This document shows positions 20,210 through 30,305 of a stretch of DNA of 64,000 nucleotides, piece by piece (position 1 is the stretch's first letter; each line of letters opens with the position of its first letter). Under the pieces are notes generated by a model, which was not told where the DNA came from, ran no database searches, and worked only from the letters and a program-made list of their open reading frames with translations. The position numbers and the translations under genes are program-made. The stretch is from Candidatus Poribacteria bacterium (GTDB lineage: Bacteria; Poribacteria; WGA-4E; WGA-3G), in contig CAXXUA010000004.1 in assembly GCA_963663765.2 (NCBI GenBank), positions 736,001-800,000 on the forward strand, given 5' to 3'.

Positions 20210-20508
20210 GTTGCACCTCACAATCTTTGTCTTCTTTTAACATAAAGATGCTATTTGGATATAGAAGGTTTCACTTTTGTATTATTTTCAAAAGATATTT
20301 ACATCTGGATCAGATTTATGATAAGAATAGCATAGAAATTAATAACTGACAAAACAAATCAATATCTGTACTTCTCTGAGGAGTGTGCATAAAGAAAAGC
20401 AATCTCAAATATGGTCTTAAAAGTTGTAGGCACGCTCCGCGTGCCGTCCACAAGATCAAAGCATCTCAATAGATTATACTAACACAACGAGGACAATTCC
20501 ATATAAAG

Positions 20509-20630
20509 TAGGACTTACGCAGTTTTCATGATTTGATGAAAAATTATGACGAAAATTGTGTAATTTTCAGCATTTTTTCGGTTTCCAGCGCGCCTACAAA
20601 GCACGCCTACAACTGGGTGCGTAAGTCCTG
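20509..20630. mobile_element. 122-bp IS701-derived MITE
   Basis: (T)AGGACTTACGCA...TGCGTAAGTCCTG, duplication TAAAG. Confidence 0.85.
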
Positions 20631-20839
20631 TAAAGAAATACTTGATGAGAGACGTAGCCAATGTTGGCACATAATATATTTATGTACACCCCTCACTTAT
20701 CTAATGATTATGAAATTTCTAATAAAAGTGAGTTTGAATATAAGAGATTGGTTCATCATGGGAATTCAATCGAAAGAAAGCAGTTCCAACGTACCCCAAA
20801 ACACCGTCTTTGCTCCAGCGGAGCAATATGTTTATAGTA

Positions 20840-21033
20840 ACGTGAGTTCAAAAATAAAGTTTGAGTTTTTGGTATTTAGAGAACCCTTTTGATATAATGA
20901 AATAATTATCCAACACAAAAGGAGTTCTCTGATGTTTATCATATCACTTTTCTGTAATATTGACGACTTTTTTAACGTCTACTATAGTTTCCTTGTTTTC
21001 GTCCAAACATTTCGGGATCCAGTTGATCAATAA
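20840..21033 (+). pseudogene. Probable IS982-like transposase 5' remnant
   Basis: ACGTGAGTTC terminus, AGGAG RBS, then MFIISLFCNIDDFF followed by decay. Confidence 0.5.
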
Positions 21034-21414
21034 GAGGTTATCAATCCCAGTCCCTATCTGATTTCAAAAGGGATCGAATGGTCTCAAATCACGATACCCT
21101 ACCTTTGAAACCCTCATCATAACTGGGGCACCAGCATTTTCAAGGCAACTTTGGTGTCGGAAAAAGCGATAAAAATCGTAGTTTTTGTTTCCTTTTTCTT
21201 TGAAAGGTCCGTCCAAGTTCTGTGCTACCTTTTGAGGTGTTATTTTCTCAATGCGGGTATGGGTTTGTGTGCGCTCATAGTTGATATGGTTTTCCACATT
21301 CATAGGACAAAAACAAGGTAGTTTGGACAATTTTCTTCCAACATGTGTTGATAAGAAATTGGTTCACCGATTATGTTATCAATCTTGAGTTCCGTAGGAA
21401 CGGCATATAAGAAT

Positions 21415-21809
21415 AAACATATCGTCCCTACGGGACTAAAGAGCTTGGAAGGGAACTCGTTTTCTATCAACATATCGTCCCTACGGGACTAAAGAGCTTG
21501 GAAGGGAACTCGTTTTCTATCAACATATCGTCCCTACGGGACTAAAGAGCTGTGGAGTGTATTCTTTTTCTATAAACATATCGTCGCTACCAAATCAACG
21601 CCAAATGCGCCAAATCAACGGTATGAATGCCATTAAGGCATTCCCCATAAGGCATTTGTCGGGACTAAAGAGCTGTTGAGTGTATTCTTTTTCTATAAAC
21701 ATATCGTCGCTACCAAATCAACGCCAAATGCGCGTATGGCATTTGGCGGGACTAAAGATTTGTGTAGGGTTTTCGTTTTCTCTAAACATATCGTCCCTAC
21801 GGGACTAAA
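21415..21809. repeat. Tandem array of six ~53-bp REP-like units (AACATATCGTCCCTACGGGACTAAAG core)
   Basis: Period 53; two units interrupted by 34-70 bp hairpin inserts; reverse-complement family at 62740-63005. Confidence 0.85.
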
Positions 21810-22003
21810 TGGTTCACTCGCTAAACAATTATCATATAGAGAACGGACGGAATAGATCCAAAAGCCCCTCACCCTTGATAAGGGGTCAGGGTGGGTTGGA
21901 AATTTAGGAATGTCAAACATAGAATACTGAAATTACTTGGCGAGTTAACGATTTAGGGGTATCATGTGGAGAAACGCAAGATCTAAATACTAAGGAGAAC
22001 AGT

Positions 22004-22747
22004 ATGCACAAATGGACTATCATAATATCGTTTTTACTGGTTTTACTATTTACTGCGATGTTTGCCTACACACATAGTGGGGGCCTTGACGAAAATGGCG
22101 GACACACTAACCATGCAACTGGAGAGTATCATTATCATTCGCAAGGAGACGAAGATATTCCAGCAGTTTCTGATGCCCCACCTGAAACTATTCCTCCAGC
22201 TATACCTTTTCCGGTTAAAGATTTCACTGAATACACGGCTTACAAAGTAATACGTATTGTTGATGGCGATACAGTTAGAATTGATATTGATGGCACAGAA
22301 ACAAGCGTAAGACTTATCGGTGTAGATACACCAGAAACGGTGCATCCGAACAAACCGGAAGAAAAATATGGTAAAGAAGCATCAATATTCATTCATAATC
22401 TTTTAAAAGGTGAATCTGTTTATTTAGATACTGATCCTCAGAACACAACAGATATATTTGGACGGAAGTTAGCATATCTTTACCGTGCGCCTGATGGGTT
22501 GTTCGTGAATTGAGAGATCATACGTCAGGGATATGGATTAGTGTATACAGATTTTCCGTTTGAATATATTGATTTATTTAGGCAATACGGTAAACGCGCA
22601 CGTTTAACCAAGAAAGGTTTATGGTCAGAGCAGGATGTTATACCTAATCCAGGAGGAGAAATATCTAATCCAGCTGATGTAAACGGTGACGGTAAAGTTA
22701 ACATTTTAGACCTTGTCACCGTCGCTAATGCATTTGCCAACAACTGA
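22004..22747 (+). pseudogene. Secreted YHYH-thermonuclease (SNase)-dockerin protein with an in-frame TGA at 22511-22513
   Basis: HSGGLDENGGH..YHYH; VDGDT..VRLIGVDTPE..DIFGRKLAY..LFVN*EIIRQGY..KKGLWS; DVNGDGKVNILDL; both ORF pieces are in the same frame. Confidence 0.8.
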
Positions 22748-23150
22748 TGAGTTGGACCGCGCACTTGGTGTTAATTTTTCTTGAACTTGTAGCGAGTAAG
22801 AGCTAATAATTCAAAGTAAATGGAGATCTGAAGCAGTAAGAAAAGGATACAAATAATCTCTCTTTCTTTCCTATTTGACCAAATCCTTATGTTTTACTCA
22901 CTATGACTTCTTTTAAAGGAAGTTTTACTTTACAAACTATATTTTCTCTGTTTAAATGGCGTCTACCGGTCATGGCGCATCCTTAAATTGACACCTAATT
23001 AACACCTATGGGTATTCCCCTGGCTGCTTGCACAACAGGTCTAAATCCTTAAATTGATGCTGATGTGTATCCCTCGCGATCGCTCTTACAAAAACACCTT
23101 GACAAACTGATTCTTTTTTGTAAAAAAATGTGAAAAAATTATAAATTTAC

Positions 23151-23179
23151 TTGACATTTGTAAATTCAGTGAGTATAAT
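23151..23179 (+). promoter_or_regulatory. Sigma70 promoter of the iron locus
   Basis: TTGACA-17bp-TATAAT, exact consensus. Confidence 0.75.
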
Positions 23180-23282
23180 TAACAAAACTTGTGCATTATT
23201 TTTTGAAATTAGTGCAATTATATACAGGGTTATTCAGTTTTAAAAGTTTTCTGTTTTAGGTTAGTAATTTAGTATACTTTAG

Positions 23283-23301
23283 GATAATGAGAATCATTAT
23301 C
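23283..23301. promoter_or_regulatory. Fur box
   Basis: GATAATGAGAATCATTATC, 18/19 match to GATAATGATAATCATTATC, upstream of iron-uptake genes. Confidence 0.8.
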
Positions 23302-23407
23302 AATACAATCAGCATTTTCTTACCTAACCTAAGTTGAAAGTTGAGTTTTGATAACTTTATATTATGATATTGAATCTCAATATCATAATATGTTTTGATA
23401 AATTATT

Positions 23408-24622
23408 ATGATAACACGATTTAATATTCCATTAATTCTGGGATTGTGTTTCATGTTTAGCATCAATGCTGATGCAGATACAAATCCGTTTTCAGTTTCT
23501 GGTTATGGTGTAATCAACTATGCACATTATGATTGGGACTTAGATCCAAACAGGCGCGCATCAATTGACATAGAACGTTTTGTTGTTGCTCCAAAATACC
23601 AAATCAGTGACATAATCCGACTTGAAGCGGAAATAGAGTTTGAACACGGTGGTACTGGCAGCACTATGGAATTTGACAAATTCGAAGAATTCGGTGAATT
23701 TGAGATGGAGATTGAAAAAGGTGACGAAGTCATTGTAGAAAAACTCGCTGCTGTTTTTTCATTACACCCATATCTCAATTTCCGCGTTGGACATATAATT
23801 GTTCCCGTTGGACTTGTTTCAAAAAGACACAGACCACAACACTACTTTACCACAACCCGACCCGAAGCAGAAACTCATCTCATTCCGACCATTTGGCACG
23901 AGACAGGAGTTGAAACATTTGGCTCCTTCGGTCCATTGTATTATCAGGTACAAATAGTCAACGGGTTGGATTCTACTGGATTTAGTTCCCGTCATTGGAT
24001 AGTACCTGGACGCCAATTACGATTTGAGACGGTCAACGCTGAAGCACCTGCATTCGTCGGTCGGCTTGAATATGTGTTTGATGAGAATGTAACCGTTGGT
24101 GTATCTGGCTACTTTGGAGACTCAGCTGCAAATCGTCCAAAACCAGACGTAGATTTTGACGCACACGTCAGTATCCTGAGTGTTCACGGGTTTTACGAGT
24201 TAAATGCTTTGAAAGTGAGAGGGTTGTTCTTGTGGGGCGCACTTCAAAACGCTGATAAATTGTCAAGAGTCAACCGATCTCTTTCAAATAATCTGAATGT
24301 AAAACGTACCCCCTTAGGCAGCTCAGCATTGGGTTGGTACATTGAAGCAGGATATGATGTATTATCATTTCTTACAAACGCTGATACATACTTTCAAGAA
24401 TTGGATGTATTTGCACGTTTTGATTATTATGATACTATGGCAAGTGTAGAAGGAATTATCTTTGACAACCCACGTTGGGAAAGAGCTACCTGGACATTTG
24501 GCGTAAATTACCATGTTCACCCAAAGATGGTTTTCAAATGTCATTATTCATTACGCAGATTAGCTGAAATAGATGAAAACAAAGAAAATACTTTTTCACT
24601 TGGTCTCGGTTTTCAATACTAA
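23408..24622 (+). CDS. Outer-membrane beta-barrel porin-like protein (imelysin-associated)
   Basis: Signal peptide, EIEFEHGG motif, alternating beta strands, C-terminal GLGFQY. Confidence 0.75.
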   Translation: MITRFNIPLILGLCFMFSINADADTNPFSVSGYGVINYAHYDWDLDPNRRASIDIERFVVAPKYQISDIIRLEAEIEFEHGGTGSTMEFDKFEEFGEFEMEIEKGDEVIVEKLAAVFSLHPYLNFRVGHIIVPVGLVSKRHRPQHYFTTTRPEAETHLIPTIWHETGVETFGSFGPLYYQVQIVNGLDSTGFSSRHWIVPGRQLRFETVNAEAPAFVGRLEYVFDENVTVGVSGYFGDSAANRPKPDVDFDAHVSILSVHGFYELNALKVRGLFLWGALQNADKLSRVNRSLSNNLNVKRTPLGSSALGWYIEAGYDVLSFLTNADTYFQELDVFARFDYYDTMASVEGIIFDNPRWERATWTFGVNYHVHPKMVFKCHYSLRRLAEIDENKENTFSLGLGFQY

Positions 24623-24672
24623 CAAATAATATTGCGGTTAAACACCGCAGAAAAAAATAAAATGGAGACATT

Positions 24673-25767
24673 ATGAAGATCTATATTATGAAGATCTATA
24701 AAGTTTGGACATTGTTCTGTTTTTTCCTATTAGCAATCTCGCTTGTTATAGGATGTGATGGTGATGAAGACGAACAAGATGATGATGCAGCATTCAATGC
24801 AAGTGCAATGTTAGATGATTTCGCTAATACTGTTATATTGGCTACATATACCGATTTGGATAACAAAGCAGGAGAACTACTGGCAGCTGTTAACACATTA
24901 GCAGAAGAAAACACTCAAGCAAATCTCGTAAATGCACAACAAGCATGGGTCGCTACAAGAACGCCTTGGGAACAGAGCGAAGCCTTCTTATTTGGTCCTG
25001 TTGACACACAAGGTCTTGATCCCGCTTTAGATAGTTGGCCCGTTAATCAAGTTGATTTACAACAGGTCTTGGATGGTGACGATGAATTAACTAAAGAACA
25101 TGTCGCTGGATTAGAAGAGACACTGAAGGGTTTTCACACTATTGAATTTCTGCTGTTCCGCAATGGTGATCAACGAATAGCATCAGATATAACAGTTCGT
25201 GAAATGCAATACCTTGTTTCAACGACAGAGATTCTAAAAGATAGTACTTTACAACTGAAACTTGCTTGGACACAAGAAGGTGAAAATTTTAGCAATACTA
25301 TAACTACTGCTGGGGAAGGAAATCCTGTCTATCCGTCACAAAGTTCAGCAGTACAGGAAATGGTTAACGGTATGATCACTATTGCTGATGAAGTTGCGAA
25401 TGGAAAAATATCCGATCCATTTACCGAATCGAATACAACACTCGTAGAATCACAATTCAGTTACAACTCTATATCAGACTTCCAAGATAACATACGCGGA
25501 ATTCAGAATGTTTACATGGGTAAATACGAAAGTGATGGGGAAGGACTAAATGAATTTGTGAAAAGTCAGGATGCTGACTTAGATAGCAGATTTCAGACTG
25601 AAATACAAACTGCTATTGACACAATCGGTGCAATTCCTAAACCTTTCCGAGAGTCAATTACAACACACCGTCCAGATGTTCAGGATGCTATTGATGCTGT
25701 TAGTACTGTTCATTTAACACTTCAACAGGACATTCTTCCACTTATTCAAAGAAGTGAGTTTAATTAA
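24673..25767 (+). CDS. Imelysin-family (IrpA-like) iron-regulated lipoprotein
   Basis: Lipobox VIGC, WEQSEAFLFGP, DSWP, GFHTIE (GxHxxE), ESQFS. Confidence 0.9.
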   Translation: MKIYIMKIYKVWTLFCFFLLAISLVIGCDGDEDEQDDDAAFNASAMLDDFANTVILATYTDLDNKAGELLAAVNTLAEENTQANLVNAQQAWVATRTPWEQSEAFLFGPVDTQGLDPALDSWPVNQVDLQQVLDGDDELTKEHVAGLEETLKGFHTIEFLLFRNGDQRIASDITVREMQYLVSTTEILKDSTLQLKLAWTQEGENFSNTITTAGEGNPVYPSQSSAVQEMVNGMITIADEVANGKISDPFTESNTTLVESQFSYNSISDFQDNIRGIQNVYMGKYESDGEGLNEFVKSQDADLDSRFQTEIQTAIDTIGAIPKPFRESITTHRPDVQDAIDAVSTVHLTLQQDILPLIQRSEFN

Positions 25768-26057
25768 TACTGGTGTCATTTATCATAAACGATTAAAAGT
25801 TTCAACATTATACCATTTCTAATAGATTCTATAGCATAATATTGTAGGTAGTGGTTAGCAGAGAGACCTTCACCACATAATACCAAATTAACCTAAATTG
25901 TAGGGTGGGTCTCTGTATCCATCCGTGTTCTCGGCACAAAAACAATACGAATCACGTTAATTTGGAATAAGATGATATCTGGTTTTTAATGTCGTAGGTC
26001 GCATCTAAACTCCGACTCATGAAAAAATTATTTAGGCTGTCTATCAATTAGAAAGAA

Positions 26058-27479
26058 ATGGAATTACAGATGGAAAAAATGAAAGTTAATTTAACGATTT
26101 TTTACTTCGTTTTACTCTTAGTGCTGATTAACGGATGCGAATTAAATCGCTCATCCGAGAATTTGTCCTCTACTCCAATAAATGCAACTGGGGCATTGTC
26201 TGGTGGAGATACAACAATCTTTGACGCAACAAGTCATGCGTTTTCACAACCTGCACCCAATCTGTCTCCTGCTGCACTTGATGAACATTTAGAAGGGGAT
26301 GTAGAATTTGAAGCAGTCTTTGTAACTGCACCTGCAGTTGTGAATCCCGGTTTAGGACCTATATATAATAATGTATCTTGTATCAATTGCCATAGTCGTG
26401 ATGGTAGAGGACGACCCCCAGATATGGATGAAAAATTGGTTTCAATGTTGTTCAGACTTAGTCTTCCAAATTCTGGAAATGAGGAGTCTGGAAACTCACC
26501 TATTCCTGTTCCCGGTTTTGGTACACAGTTGAATAATCGTGCTATCTATGGTACACCTGCTGAAGGTTCAGTCAAGATTGATTATACAGAACAACCATTG
26601 ACTTTACAAGACGGTACGCGAGTACACCTTCGCTATCCAAATTACTCTCTTACTAATACCTATCACCCATTACCTGATGACTTACAAGTATCACCACGAG
26701 TAGCACCTGTCGTTTTTGGTCTCGGTTTATTGGAAGCAATTCCTGAAGAGACAATACTTGAAAACGCAGATGAGAATGATAACAACGGAGATGGAATTTC
26801 TGGAAAACCGAACTATGTTTGGGATGTAGTCAACAAAACTTATGCTCTGGGTCGTTTTGGATGGAAAGCAAATCAGCCGAACCTGCTTCAGCAGGTCGCT
26901 TCTGCATATCATGATGATATGGGGATAACGACTTCATTGTTCCCATTAGAAAATTCTACAGGACAATCTCAACTAAAGCAAAACAAACCAACACCTGAGG
27001 TGAGTGACGAGATTTTAGATGTAGTGACATTTTATGTGCAAACTTTAGCAGTTCCTGCTCGTAGGGATGTTGAAGATCCTCAGGTCAAACAAGGTGAGAG
27101 ACTCTTTGCACAAGCACAATGTTTAGATTGTCATATTCCTACATTGAGAACAGGTGTGTTAACAGGTGTTCCTTCTGTCAGCAATCAAACAATTCACCCC
27201 TATACAGATTTATTGTTACACGACATGGGACCCGATTTAGCAGACAATCGTCCTGATTTCCAAGCAAGTGGCTATGAATGGCGAACACCCCCATTATGGG
27301 GTATTGGTTTGGTTAGAACTGTCAATGGTCATACTAATTTCTTGCATGATGGAAGAGCAAGAGACTTAATGGAAGCAATACTCTGGCACGGAGGAGAAGC
27401 TGAAAAATCACGTGAAATTATTTTGGAGATGTCAAAGTCTGAACGTGATGCACTAATCGCGTTTTTAGAATCTTTGTAG
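26058..27479 (+). CDS. Di-heme oxidoreductase family (DUF1111) c-type cytochrome lipoprotein
   Basis: CINCH and CLDCH heme motifs, GRFGWKA, TDLLLHDMG, WRTPPLWG, LHDGRAR. Confidence 0.9.
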   Translation: MELQMEKMKVNLTIFYFVLLLVLINGCELNRSSENLSSTPINATGALSGGDTTIFDATSHAFSQPAPNLSPAALDEHLEGDVEFEAVFVTAPAVVNPGLGPIYNNVSCINCHSRDGRGRPPDMDEKLVSMLFRLSLPNSGNEESGNSPIPVPGFGTQLNNRAIYGTPAEGSVKIDYTEQPLTLQDGTRVHLRYPNYSLTNTYHPLPDDLQVSPRVAPVVFGLGLLEAIPEETILENADENDNNGDGISGKPNYVWDVVNKTYALGRFGWKANQPNLLQQVASAYHDDMGITTSLFPLENSTGQSQLKQNKPTPEVSDEILDVVTFYVQTLAVPARRDVEDPQVKQGERLFAQAQCLDCHIPTLRTGVLTGVPSVSNQTIHPYTDLLLHDMGPDLADNRPDFQASGYEWRTPPLWGIGLVRTVNGHTNFLHDGRARDLMEAILWHGGEAEKSREIILEMSKSERDALIAFLESL

Positions 27480-27778
27480 TAGATAAACATAAGGTTGAAG
27501 CAGATGAACGAAAGTATTCTTATTTTCTATGGATTGATTACATATCAAAAAATTGAGTTACAGTTGCATGGTGTACTTTGAAATCAGTATTGAAAAAAAG
27601 CTGTTAACTAATATCTACGGTATAACGTTTAATATATTACAGCATCCAGATTGAAATCCTTGGGTAATACCGAACTTGAGTTTTGTATAGAATTGATCAA
27701 AATATTATTACACAATGCTGTGTTTTATTGAATTATTCACTAAATATTTACATAACCTAATTACTGAATGGAGAAATC

Positions 27779-28234
27779 ATGGATCAAGAAAAAAGAGACG
27801 AACTCATAGAAGAACTGATCAAAGTATACTGGATGGAGTTGGAAGCGACTATAAATTATCTTGCCATATCTGTTGATTTAGATGGAATCCGTGCGGAGGA
27901 GATAAAAAAATCGTTAGCAGAAGATATTCAAACTGAAATTACCCATGCCCAGGACCTTGCTTCGCGTATCAAGGAGATAGGTGGTAGTGTTCCCGGTTCC
28001 TTTGAATTTAAACCTGTTCAAGCCTCACTTCAACCACCAGAGGATACTACTGATGTAGTGTCAGCAATTCACGGAGTTATAGAAGCAGAAGACCAAGCGA
28101 TTGAGCAGTATAATAAAATAATCCGTTTATGTGATGGTTTAGACTACGTTACACAAGATCTCTGCATTAGATTGCTTGCAGATGAAGAGACACATCGCAG
28201 GGAATTCAGGGGTTTTCTGAAGGAATATGAATAA
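27779..28234 (+). CDS. Ferritin-like di-iron protein (bacterioferritin/rubrerythrin-like)
   Basis: E..ExxH (TEITHA) and E..DEETH carboxylate motifs. Confidence 0.8.
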   Translation: MDQEKRDELIEELIKVYWMELEATINYLAISVDLDGIRAEEIKKSLAEDIQTEITHAQDLASRIKEIGGSVPGSFEFKPVQASLQPPEDTTDVVSAIHGVIEAEDQAIEQYNKIIRLCDGLDYVTQDLCIRLLADEETHRREFRGFLKEYE

Positions 28235-28267
28235 GAACAGCTTAAATTCACAGATAGAACTACAGTA

Positions 28268-28355
28268 TATCTCATAAGTGCAAATTTGTCTAAATTCACC
28301 GGATCGCGTGTTGTATAATTCAAGGTTAAAAACCCCATCTACGATTTATGAGATA
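28268..28355. mobile_element. ~87-bp MITE (ATCTCATAA...TTATGAGATA)
   Basis: Terminal inverted repeats; similar copies at 38234-38320 and 53018-53103. Confidence 0.7.
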
Positions 28356-28360
28356 TACTG

Positions 28361-28398
28361 AAAAAGAACATCGGGTGGTATTTCCCGATGTTCTTTTT
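28361..28398. terminator. Bidirectional intrinsic terminator
   Basis: AAAAAGAACATCGGG-loop-CCCGATGTTCTTTTT between convergent genes. Confidence 0.8.
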
Positions 28399-29033
28399 TA
28401 TTCTGGGTCTACTGCTTTTTTAAGTTTCATTACTGGTATTGAAGTGTAAGTGGAATTAAGTTCCATTGAGTTTTCCTCAATAGTGCAAATGGACTTCTTA
28501 AAGGGTGTAAAGATATTTAAGTTAAATCCCATGAGCAATTCTTGATATGCTGATTCCTTATCCCCATCGAATGCACTTTCAATAAAGTCTTCTGGCATTG
28601 CGGAAATGTCTAAATCTGTATTTTCAGTTTCTAATGTCAATTGAGAGGATGTAAGAGTGTAAGTACCGGTCAGCATTCCTGCAATTGTGATATTACCTTC
28701 AGTGTCTTGTGTTTCAGGAAAATCATGCATTTCTGCATCAATATTCATAGACCATGTATCTTCTTCTGTAAAACTGTAGGATAAAGTTTCAACCTTTATT
28801 TTAGGTCTCTCTTCTTCATCAGGTTCATTTTCATTAATGAAGTAAAGCGGTGGTTTGCCATTGATGGTAATAATATTCCAAGTTCCAATCAGTTCTTCAA
28901 TAGAAACCGTTGGAGCAGTAATTGGTGGTTCAACTATGGGTTTTTCTGTTGTATCTTCATCCTCTCCACATCCAATCATAGTCATAGTGAATAGACAAAA
29001 CAGTAGAATTAGGTTTGGTATTAATTTTTGCAT
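28398..29033 (-). CDS. Hypothetical lipoprotein (lipocalin-like)
   Basis: Lipobox MIGC, LIGTW motif. Confidence 0.65.
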   Translation of the reverse strand: MQKLIPNLILLFCLFTMTMIGCGEDEDTTEKPIVEPPITAPTVSIEELIGTWNIITINGKPPLYFINENEPDEEERPKIKVETLSYSFTEEDTWSMNIDAEMHDFPETQDTEGNITIAGMLTGTYTLTSSQLTLETENTDLDISAMPEDFIESAFDGDKESAYQELLMGFNLNIFTPFKKSICTIEENSMELNSTYTSIPVMKLKKAVDPE

Positions 29034-29225
29034 TTTTTATTCTCCAATAGTAAGATTAACAATATTACATTTAGTTAGTAAGATTAACAATAATAAATTT
29101 AGTTGAAGTATGGGTCGATATTAATTAATATTTTTGTAATAATAGATTTTGTCCTGCGATACCTGCCATCACATTGGTGTTTTATTACTACCTGATTATA
29201 GTTCTACAGTGGAAATGTCTTATGT

Positions 29226-30305
29226 TTACTGTGTTTGGTAGACTTTTTCACGTGTGTGGAATCCGCTTTCAATGATAACTTCGTCAAGGTTGTCTTTATC
29301 AACTTGGATGGGTATAAGTATGATGGATGGTACATCGATTTTGCCGTTGTTGACGGTCTGATTTGCATTTTCAAGGGTTTCCCCTTTTGCAAGTGCGACA
29401 GCAGCTTTTGCTGCTACAGTAGCGATGGTTGGTATGGGTTTGTATACGGTCATTGTTTGTGTGCCTTTTACAATACGTTGGCATGCTCCTAAATCAGCAT
29501 CTTGTCCAGAAACAAGGACACTACCTGCAAGATTTTGTCCCTCAAGAGCTGTTACTACACTACCTGCTGTGCCATCATTGGATGCCACGACAGCGTCAAT
29601 CTGGTTGTTCGTCTGTGTTAAAACTTGTTCAGTAATGTCAAGAGCTTCATTTTTGTCCCAATCGACAACCCAATGCTTGCCATCAGCAACTAACTTTATA
29701 TCCCCACTATCTATTGCAGGTTGCAAAGCGCGAAGTTGTCCTTCTCGTAGAAGATGAGCGTTATTATCACCAGGGTCTCCACCGAGTAGGAAGTAATTCC
29801 CTTTGGGTTTTTTACGGAATAGATATTCCGCCTGCATATATCCGACCTGTTTATTGTCAAAGGATATATATAGATCTGGTTCACTCTCTCGGATTAATCT
29901 ATCGTAAGCGATGACTTTGATGCCTTCAGCATGTGCGGATTTTACAATCTGTGATGATGCAACACTATCTATTGGAATTACGACAAGGACATCTACGTCT
30001 TGGGTAATCATGTTTTCAGCTTGTTGGTTCTGTATATTAGGGTCATCATCTGCGGATTGCACAATTACTTCTGCACCGAGTTTTTTAGCTTCTGCAATGA
30101 AAAAATCTCTATCTTTCTGCCATCGTTCAACGCGTAAGGAACCTATTGACAAACCGATTTTGATTTTATTATCAGTTTTGTCTGTGCAGCCTATTAACAT
30201 TGTAGTACAGCACATTACAAAAAGGATGTGGAGTGCTAATGATCTTATTGCCAAACATCTCAATTGATACATAGATTGTTTTTTATTGAATTTCACTGTT
30301 ATCAT
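29226..30305 (-). CDS. xylF: D-xylose ABC transporter substrate-binding protein
   Basis: LRVERWQKDRDFF, AYDRLI, YISFDN, GQDADL, QTMTVYKPI. Confidence 0.8.
   Translation of the reverse strand: MITVKFNKKQSMYQLRCLAIRSLALHILFVMCCTTMLIGCTDKTDNKIKIGLSIGSLRVERWQKDRDFFIAEAKKLGAEVIVQSADDDPNIQNQQAENMITQDVDVLVVIPIDSVASSQIVKSAHAEGIKVIAYDRLIRESEPDLYISFDNKQVGYMQAEYLFRKKPKGNYFLLGGDPGDNNAHLLREGQLRALQPAIDSGDIKLVADGKHWVVDWDKNEALDITEQVLTQTNNQIDAVVASNDGTAGSVVTALEGQNLAGSVLVSGQDADLGACQRIVKGTQTMTVYKPIPTIATVAAKAAVALAKGETLENANQTVNNGKIDVPSIILIPIQVDKDNLDEVIIESGFHTREKVYQTQ

Noticed and set aside
20533-20892. 119-aa ORF, and the similar ORF at 63166-63450
   Set aside because: The translations derive from MITE sequence (KNYDEN...IS), with no protein-family signal
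21064-21330. 88-aa minus-strand ORF
   Set aside because: No recognisable motif; sits among decayed IS and repeat debris
21415-21809. CRISPR array (26-bp repeat plus 27-bp spacers)
   Set aside because: The spacers are identical or homologous to each other, inverted copies flank the array, and no cas genes are present; the same applies to 62740-63005
22511-22513. Selenocysteine or UGA recoding in the thermonuclease
   Set aside because: Not a Cys-equivalent position and no redox motif; other genes here use TGA as a normal stop, arguing against an alternative genetic code
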